Of a stretch of DNA of 14,629 nt, positions 6,994 through 14,629 are shown in pieces (positions within the stretch are counted from its first letter, which is position 1; each line of letters begins with the position of its first letter). The DNA comes from Candidatus Eiseniibacteriota bacterium (GTDB taxonomy: Bacteria; Joyebacterota; Joyebacteria; Joyebacterales; Joyebacteraceae): the NCBI GenBank assembly GCA_043819135.1, contig JBDRFG010000141.1, positions 1 through 14,629 on the forward strand, given 5' to 3'. A model generated the notes under the pieces. The model was not told the origin of the DNA and made no database searches. It worked only from the letters and a program-made list of their open reading frames with translations. The position numbers and the translations under genes are program-made.

Positions 6994-7455
6994 TTGGCTT
7001 CGTACTACGGTTCATACCTTCACACGCTCGACACGAAGGGGCGCGTCTCGATTCCTTCCGAAATGCGGAAGGCGAGCGGCGACGTCTTCGTGCTGACACG
7101 TGGATTCGAAGAGTGCCTCAACCTCTATCCTGCCGACGAGTGGGAACTAGTCGAGCGCGAACTCAGGTCTCTGCGCACGACTTCGAAGGAAGCGCGCTAC
7201 TACGTGAGACAGATGATGTCGACGGTCAGGAAGGTCGTCGTCGACGGTCACGGCCGCATCACAATCCCGCAATGGCACCGCGAGTTCGCAGGTCTCGAGG
7301 GCGAGGTGCTCGTCAACGGAGTGCTGGAGCACATCGAGATATGGAACGCAGAAAGGTACGAGAAGTACTCGGACGGCTGCGACGAGTCCTACGAGGACGT
7401 CGCGGAAACCGTCTGGAAACACGCCAAGGACAAGTTGGGCGCGGCCGACGAGTAA
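6994..7455 (+). CDS. mraZ: Division/cell wall cluster transcriptional repressor MraZ
   Basis: TTG start with SD GGAGG (6982-6986); two SpoVT/AbrB repeats LDTKGRVSIP and VDGHGRITIP, plus IEIW; first gene of dcw. Confidence 0.96.
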   Translation: MASYYGSYLHTLDTKGRVSIPSEMRKASGDVFVLTRGFEECLNLYPADEWELVERELRSLRTTSKEARYYVRQMMSTVRKVVVDGHGRITIPQWHREFAGLEGEVLVNGVLEHIEIWNAERYEKYSDGCDESYEDVAETVWKHAKDKLGAADE

Positions 7456-7525
7456 GTTGTCGGTTGAGCGGGGAACGGTCCGAGAGCAGGCCGCGTCCCA
7501 AAGCCAGGTGAGGAGCGCAGTTCCT

Positions 7526-7876
7526 GTGACGATTCGATCGACGCTGACGGAGCAGACCACGGTGGTCGAGATGGCGGGCAGCATGGCCGCGATCGACCTT
7601 CCCAGGCTCCACAGCTGCCTCATCGATCTGCTCGGTGCCCGGCGGAAGAGCTTCGTTCTCGACTTCCAGGCCGTTGAGCACGTCAGCTATCAGGACGCGT
7701 CCCACCTCGCCAGGGAGTTCGAACTCGTTCGCTCCCACAATGGAACCATGAGGGTGTCCGGCCTGAGCCCGTACGTCAGGAACATCCTGGTGTTCGCGGG
7801 CCTCTCCGACTTCCTTGATGCGAATATGCCCGGATCCGCAATGCTGGAACCCGCCCGCACGCCGCAGGCGAGCTGA
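7526..7876 (+). CDS. STAS domain / anti-sigma-factor-antagonist-like protein (atypical)
   Basis: Likely GTG start at 7526 with SD AGGAG (7511-7515), 116 aa (ORF open from TTG 7457); STAS pattern VVEMAGSM...FVLDFQAVEHVSY...NGTMRVSGLSPYVRNILVFAGL. Confidence 0.82.
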   Translation: MTIRSTLTEQTTVVEMAGSMAAIDLPRLHSCLIDLLGARRKSFVLDFQAVEHVSYQDASHLAREFELVRSHNGTMRVSGLSPYVRNILVFAGLSDFLDANMPGSAMLEPARTPQAS

Positions 7877-7946
7877 CCAACTCCAGCGCGTTTCCGGGAG
7901 AGAAATATCCTGTCGTGCGCGTACCTCTTTTGACTACGAGAAACAG

Positions 7947-8876
7947 ATGAGTGAGCACCTGCCGGTCATGGCCGCCGAGGTGGTCGAGTTCTTAGTGACT
8001 CGGACCAACGGGGGCTACGTCGACTGCACCGTCGGTGCGGGCGGGCACGCGCGGTTCATTCTGAGCAACGCGCCCGAGGGGAAGTTGCTGGGACTCGACC
8101 TCGACACTGTGGCGCTGGCGAAGGCTCGCACGGAACTCGTGGTCTTCGGCGAAAGGGCAGAACTCGTGAAGGGCAACTTCTCAGACCTTGCCTCCATCGC
8201 AGACGAGCACGGGTTCCACGGCGTCGACGGAGTTCTCTTCGACCTCGGGCTTTCATCAATGCAGCTCGATGATCCCTCCAGAGGCTTCAGCTATCAGAGC
8301 GAGGGGCCCATCGATATGAGGCTGGACGCGGAGGCCGCGACGACGGCGAACGCGCTGCTCCGCCGCGTGAGCGAGAGGGATCTCGCGCAGATCATCTTCG
8401 ACTACGGAGAGGAGAGGCGCGCCCGCCCCATCGCTCGCTCGATCGTCAGGGCCAGAGAGAACGGGAAGCTCATGACTACGTCCGACCTCGCGGCCGCGGT
8501 GATGGCCACGAAGCCGAAGAACAAGAACAAGACTCTGTCACGTGTCTTCCAGGCGCTTCGGATAGCCGTGAACGGAGAGCTCGACAATCTCAGCTCCGGT
8601 CTCGCGCAGGCGGTGGACATTCTCAAGCCCGGAGGAAGAGTCGTCGTCATCTCCTACCACTCGCTCGAGGACAGGATCGTCAAGCAGTATTTCGTCGGCT
8701 GCGAGAAGCCCTGCACGTGTCCGAGGGACATCCCGGAGTGCGCGTGCGGGAAGAAGCCGACGCTCAGAATAGTCACGCGGAAGATCGTCAGGCCGCGCTA
8801 CGCGGAAGTCGAAACGAATCCCAGGGCGCGCTCGGGCAAGTTGCGCGTCGCGGAGAAGCTGGAGACAACGAATTGA
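7947..8876 (+). CDS. rsmH: 16S rRNA (cytosine1402-N4)-methyltransferase RsmH (MraW)
   Basis: HLPVM, DCTVGAGGH, DLGLSSMQLD...RGFSY, DMRLD, ISYHSLEDRIVK, NPRARSGKLR motifs; start placed at ATG 7947 by homology. Confidence 0.97.
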   Translation: MSEHLPVMAAEVVEFLVTRTNGGYVDCTVGAGGHARFILSNAPEGKLLGLDLDTVALAKARTELVVFGERAELVKGNFSDLASIADEHGFHGVDGVLFDLGLSSMQLDDPSRGFSYQSEGPIDMRLDAEAATTANALLRRVSERDLAQIIFDYGEERRARPIARSIVRARENGKLMTTSDLAAAVMATKPKNKNKTLSRVFQALRIAVNGELDNLSSGLAQAVDILKPGGRVVVISYHSLEDRIVKQYFVGCEKPCTCPRDIPECACGKKPTLRIVTRKIVRPRYAEVETNPRARSGKLRVAEKLETTN

Positions 8877-9352
8877 TGCTGAAGCGCTCCCGAGCCCCCC
8901 GAAGGAAGTTGAGGAACAGCGGCGCCCCGTTAGGCGCGCTGCTGCGTCCTGCCGCCCTGAGAGCGCTTCTGAAGCGGGCGAGGGTCCCGAAGCGACTAAT
9001 GGCCAGGCTCGCAGGTTCGCTTCACACCAGAGGGTTCCTGCTCTGGGGCGCGGCGCTCGTGACCGGGATCCTGTGCGTTTCGCAGAACGTCTACTCGGCG
9101 AAGCTGGCGGAGCAGATCGAGGACCTGAGAGTGGTGCGGGAGGAGATGGAAACGGAGATCGGGTTCCTGAGCCTCGAGCGAGCGCGACTCTCCGGGCGGG
9201 AGAGAATCGAGCACTACGCCACGGAGCGACTCGGCATGCGCTATCCGGAGGCGCACGAGGTCGTGCGGCTCGGTGACGGGACGTCTGGCTCTTGGGATCG
9301 TTGGGGTGACGATCTCGTGGAGGGAAGCACGGTTGCTGTCAGCGACGGGTAG
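8876..9352 (+). CDS. ftsL: Cell division protein FtsL
   Basis: ATG overlaps rsmH stop (TGATG); basic cytoplasmic N-terminus, one TM helix, coiled coil, RIEHYATERLGM motif; located between rsmH and ftsI. Start could alternatively be ATG 8999. Confidence 0.85.
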   Translation: MLKRSRAPRRKLRNSGAPLGALLRPAALRALLKRARVPKRLMARLAGSLHTRGFLLWGAALVTGILCVSQNVYSAKLAEQIEDLRVVREEMETEIGFLSLERARLSGRERIEHYATERLGMRYPEAHEVVRLGDGTSGSWDRWGDDLVEGSTVAVSDG

Positions 9353-11462
9353 ACACGGCGGGATACAGCAGGGTCGCCTGAGGGTCGCTCTCGTCACGGG
9401 TCTCGTGGTCTGGGCAATAGTGATACTGAGGCTCGCGACGATACAGCTGGTTCGTGCGCCGGGGCTCGTGGAGTACGCGGAGGACCAGCACATCGAGCCC
9501 GTCAACCTCGCCGCCGACCGAGGGACCATCTACGACCGCAACATGATGCCGCTCACGGACAACCTCTCCGTACAGTCGGTCTGCGCGAATCCCAGGGAGA
9601 TCGACTCGCCGTCGTCCGTGGCGCGGCAGCTGGTCCGAACACTCGGGGGCAGCTACGACGACTACCTGACTCGTCTCAAGAGAGACAAGGGCTTCGTCTG
9701 GATCCGCCGCCAGGTCTCGCCTTCCAGCGCGACGGCTCTCCGGGCGCTCGACCTTCCCGGCATCGGCTTCCTGCCCGAGAGCAAGAGGGTTCACCTGCTC
9801 GGCGAGACGGCCTGTCACGTCGTCGGCATGACCGACATTGACGGAGTTGGCCTCTCCGGCATCGAGAAGGAGATGGACGAGCTTCTGACGGGCGCCGAGG
9901 CGACCGTCTACTACTGTCTCGACAGTGCCGGTCGAAGGACACCGACGCCGGCGTACACGAAGGTCGTGCCGAGAGACGGCATGTCGGTGGTGCTGACTAT
10001 CGACTCGCATCTTCAGAGCATCGTCGAGGTCGAACTCGAGCGCGGTATCCGCAAGCACAACGGCGTAGCGGGGATCGCGATAGTCCAGGACCCGTGGACG
10101 GGTGAGATCCTCGCCATGGCCAACTGGCCGACCTTCGACCCTGATCGTCCCGAGCTCTACTCGATGGAGAGCAGGAAGAACCGCGCCATCACGGACCAGT
10201 TCGAGCCCGGCTCGACGTTCAAGCTGGTCACGGCCGCCGCCGCCCTGTCTACCGGCAGCGCGGACCTGGGCTCGGTCTACTACGCGTGCCGGGGTTCGAA
10301 GGACTACGGCCGGTTCACCATTCACGATGTGAAGGAACACGGGTGGCTCGATTTCGAGCACGCGTTCGCCAAGTCGAGCAACGTCTGTTTCGCCGAGGTG
10401 GCCTACGGCGTAGGAGCCATCCCGCTCTACTCTTTCGCGCGCGACTTCGGATTCGGGTGCCTGACGGGCATCTCTCTGCCGGGCGAGGTTCGAGGGATGC
10501 TGCGCGAGCCGGGTGAGTGGTCCCCGAGGTCGGTTCCGACCATCGGCATCGGACAGGAAGTGGCGGTGACCGCCCTCCAGCTCGTCGGGGCATACAGCGC
10601 CATCGCGAACGGCGGCTACCTGATGGAACCCAAGGTCATCAGGTCCATCCTCGCCGACGACGGCAGGGTGGTGGAAGACGCTCGGTGGAGCGTCGTGCGG
10701 CAGGTGGCCGAGCCGGACGTCGCGGCGACTCTCAAGGAGCTCCTGGCGTGCGCGACGGAATACGGGACCGGCAAGAACGCGCGCGTCGCCGAGATGGGCG
10801 TCTCGGGCAAGACGGGCACGGCTCAGAAGGTGGCCTCGGGCTCCAGCCAGTATGACCCCGGCAAGTGGGTGTCGTCGTTCGTCGGCATGGCTCCGGCCGA
10901 CGATCCCCAGTTGGTCTGCCTCGTCGTGATAGACGAGCCGGATGGCCGTGGGCTCGGTGGTGAGGTCGCGGCGCCGGTCTTCGCCAAGATCATGGAGCGC
11001 ATCGTTCGCGGGCCGGGCCACGAGTACGTGCTGCGTGGGCGCGGCGACTACGTGGAGTCCGAGCGGAAGCCGGGACGTCTCGACAGAACCGCGTCGGGTC
11101 GCCCGTCGCACGCGTCGGACGCCGGCGGCGGCGTCGGCCGCTGGGACGCCGTGCCGGCCTCCGCGTCGGGCGGCCTCTTCGGCGGGCGCGGCCGCGTCTC
11201 GGGAAGCGAGGTCATCGATTCCGCGTACGCCGGCCTTGTTCGGACGGGGAGGGGCGGCATCGTAGTGGCGCCGGCGATCGAAGAGGACGAGACAGAGGTT
11301 CCCGATTTCCGGGGCATGAGCGTCAGGCTGGCCAGGCAGACGGCCGCCGCGCGCGGACTGACGCTCACGTTCCGGGGCAACGGAAGAGTGACGGAGCAGT
11401 CTCCCGGACCGGGACGCATCGTCTCGTCCGGACACCGCGTGGAAGTGCGATGTTGTCCCTAG
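9333..11462 (+). CDS. ftsI: Class B penicillin-binding protein FtsI (PBP3) with C-terminal PASTA domain
   Basis: Likely TTG start at 9333 with SD GGAGG (9319-9323); N-terminal TM, RGTIYDRN, G.SGIEK, catalytic STFK, SSN and KTG motifs; PASTA-like VPDFRGMS...GNGRVTEQSP. Confidence 0.95.
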   Translation: MLSATGRHGGIQQGRLRVALVTGLVVWAIVILRLATIQLVRAPGLVEYAEDQHIEPVNLAADRGTIYDRNMMPLTDNLSVQSVCANPREIDSPSSVARQLVRTLGGSYDDYLTRLKRDKGFVWIRRQVSPSSATALRALDLPGIGFLPESKRVHLLGETACHVVGMTDIDGVGLSGIEKEMDELLTGAEATVYYCLDSAGRRTPTPAYTKVVPRDGMSVVLTIDSHLQSIVEVELERGIRKHNGVAGIAIVQDPWTGEILAMANWPTFDPDRPELYSMESRKNRAITDQFEPGSTFKLVTAAAALSTGSADLGSVYYACRGSKDYGRFTIHDVKEHGWLDFEHAFAKSSNVCFAEVAYGVGAIPLYSFARDFGFGCLTGISLPGEVRGMLREPGEWSPRSVPTIGIGQEVAVTALQLVGAYSAIANGGYLMEPKVIRSILADDGRVVEDARWSVVRQVAEPDVAATLKELLACATEYGTGKNARVAEMGVSGKTGTAQKVASGSSQYDPGKWVSSFVGMAPADDPQLVCLVVIDEPDGRGLGGEVAAPVFAKIMERIVRGPGHEYVLRGRGDYVESERKPGRLDRTASGRPSHASDAGGGVGRWDAVPASASGGLFGGRGRVSGSEVIDSAYAGLVRTGRGGIVVAPAIEEDETEVPDFRGMSVRLARQTAAARGLTLTFRGNGRVTEQSPGPGRIVSSGHRVEVRCCP

Positions 11463-11475
11463 AGGTGACGCAAAG

Positions 11476-13063
<1,588 letters not shown>

Positions 13064-13086
<23 letters not shown>

Positions 13087-14446
13087 CATGGCGCAGGCGT
13101 TGGATGTTCACGTGACGGGGGCGGCCGGAGTCGAGGTGGTCGGTGTCTCGACCGACTCGAGAACGGTGCGACCCGGTGACCTCTTCTTCGCGATACGCGG
13201 TGACAACTTCGACGGACATGAGTACGTGGAAGACGCGTTCGCGAAGGGCGCCTGCGCTGCGGTGGTGTCGGACGACGGGGCCCGGCCCGGGCCCGTTCTT
13301 GCGGTGCGGGATACGACGGGTGCCCTGCTTGAGCTGGCCGCGTGGTACCGGGGCAGATTCGACATCCCCGTCGTGGCGGTGACCGGCAGCAACGGCAAGA
13401 CAACCACCAAGGACATGACCGCGGCCGTGCTGTCCACGAGGTTCCGTACGGCGAAAACGAAGGGGAACTACAACAACCATATCGGGGTTCCGCTGACTCT
13501 CTTCGAGATCGAGAGCGAGCACGAGATGGCCGTGGTCGAAATGGGCATGAACCACCCGGGTGAGATAGCACGACTCGCGGCCGCGACGCGACCTTCCGTA
13601 GGCGTCATCACGAACGTGGCGGAAGCGCACATGGAAACGATGCACGACATAGACACGATAGCACAGGCCAAGGCCGAGCTCCTGGACGCCCTTCCTCCCG
13701 ATGGCACGTCAATCCTCAACTGGGACGATTCCCGCGTCAAGTCGCTCTGGACCAGGGGCCCGGACAGTATCGTGACGTTTGGTCTATCGGAGGACGCCGA
13801 GGTGCGGGCCGTCGACGTCGTCGCTGCGGCCGACGGTGTCTCCTTCGAGCTGGCCGACGACGGGCGCGTCACGCTTCCCGTCCCCGGCCGCCACAACGTG
13901 ATGAACGCACTGGCCGCGATCGCCGTCGGCAGAGTAATGGGAATACCGGACGCGGATGCCGCGCGGGGGCTCTCGTCCTTCGAGGCCAGTCCGATGCGGA
14001 TGAGATTCGAGAGGGTCGGCGCGTGGGTGGTTCTGAACGACTCCTACAACTGCAACCCGGGGTCGCTCGGGGCCGCGCTCGAGGTTCTCGTTGAGGTGGC
14101 CTGCGAGAGAACGTCGGCGGCGGCACTCGGGGACATGCTCGAGCTAGGGTCAACCAGCGAACGTGCACATCGCGAGGCAGGCGCGCGCGCCGCCGAACTG
14201 GGAGTCGACCGGCTGTATCTGTTCGGCACCGAGGTAGCGGCGCTTGCGAGAGGCGCGATCGAGGCCGGCATGCCCGCCCAGCGGGTTCGAATATTCGAAA
14301 GCAAAACCGCGCTCGTCGACACACTGCGAAAGGAGCTCGACGAGTCCGCGGTTCTATTGGTGAAGGGGTCGCGCGGTATGTGTATGGAGGAAGTGGTTGA
14401 GTTGCTGACAGAGGAGGCGCCCGCCTCCAAGTCGGCCGAAGCCTAG
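13064..14446 (+). CDS. murF: UDP-MurNAc-tripeptide:D-Ala-D-Ala ligase MurF
   Basis: [55 protein letters not shown] 13064 with SD AGAGGA overlapping the murE end. Confidence 0.96.
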
Positions 14447-14468
14447 GCTTCTCATCGGAAGGGCTGTC

Positions 14469-14629
14469 ATGTTTTACCATCTCCTATACCCCCTAAGGGA
14501 CCTCATTTCTGCCTTCAATATCTTCAGGTACATTACCTTCCGATCAGCGTACGCGGCGGTGACAGCCCTGCTCATAAGCTTCCTCCTCGGCCCCCTCTTT
14601 ATTCGCATGCTCAAGAGACGTCAGCTGAC
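14469..14629 (+). CDS. mraY: Phospho-MurNAc-pentapeptide transferase MraY (partial, N-terminus)
   Basis: ATG 14469 reads [49 protein letters not shown]...; YITFR motif and position after murF. Not in the ORF track because it is truncated. Confidence 0.92.
   Translation, partial: MFYHLLYPLRDLISAFNIFRYITFRSAYAAVTALLISFLLGPLFIRMLKRRQL

Noticed and set aside
7815..7946. ORF-track upstream starts (rsmH 7815, C25 1800, ftsL 8717, ftsI 9273, murF 13040)
   Set aside because: The extensions overlap upstream genes or regulatory elements and lack SD support; downstream starts fit homology, SD position or translational coupling better.
8700..8750. Cys cluster C.KPCTCP...CAC in RsmH as a novel feature
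   Set aside because: A CxCP...CxC insertion is common in RsmH from many phyla.

Overview
GC-rich bacterial chromosomal window with no mobile-element hallmarks. The C25 peptidase with a T9SS-type/FlgD-Ig tail suggests a non-Bacteroidota FCB-group lineage (inference only). Left part: the 5' end of a minus-strand membrane-protein gene (Yip1-like), a divergent lipoprotein gene behind a near-consensus sigma54 promoter, divergent tRNA-Leu(CAA) and tRNA-Ala(GGC) genes with their own sigma70 promoters and terminators, and a ~1578-aa secreted gingipain-like (C25) multidomain protease preceded by a ~200-nt strongly structured leader and a 17-nt tandem repeat. Right part: start of the dcw operon (mraZ - STAS-domain gene - rsmH - ftsL - ftsI - murE - murF - mraY partial) with a promoter and three MraZ boxes. 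The most notable items are (i) an atypical STAS/anti-anti-sigma-like gene inside the dcw operon between mraZ and rsmH, with Tyr where the phospho-acceptor Ser normally lies, and (ii) a candidate cis-regulatory RNA with mutually exclusive folds upstream of the C25 protease. All calls are by eye; no database searches were run.
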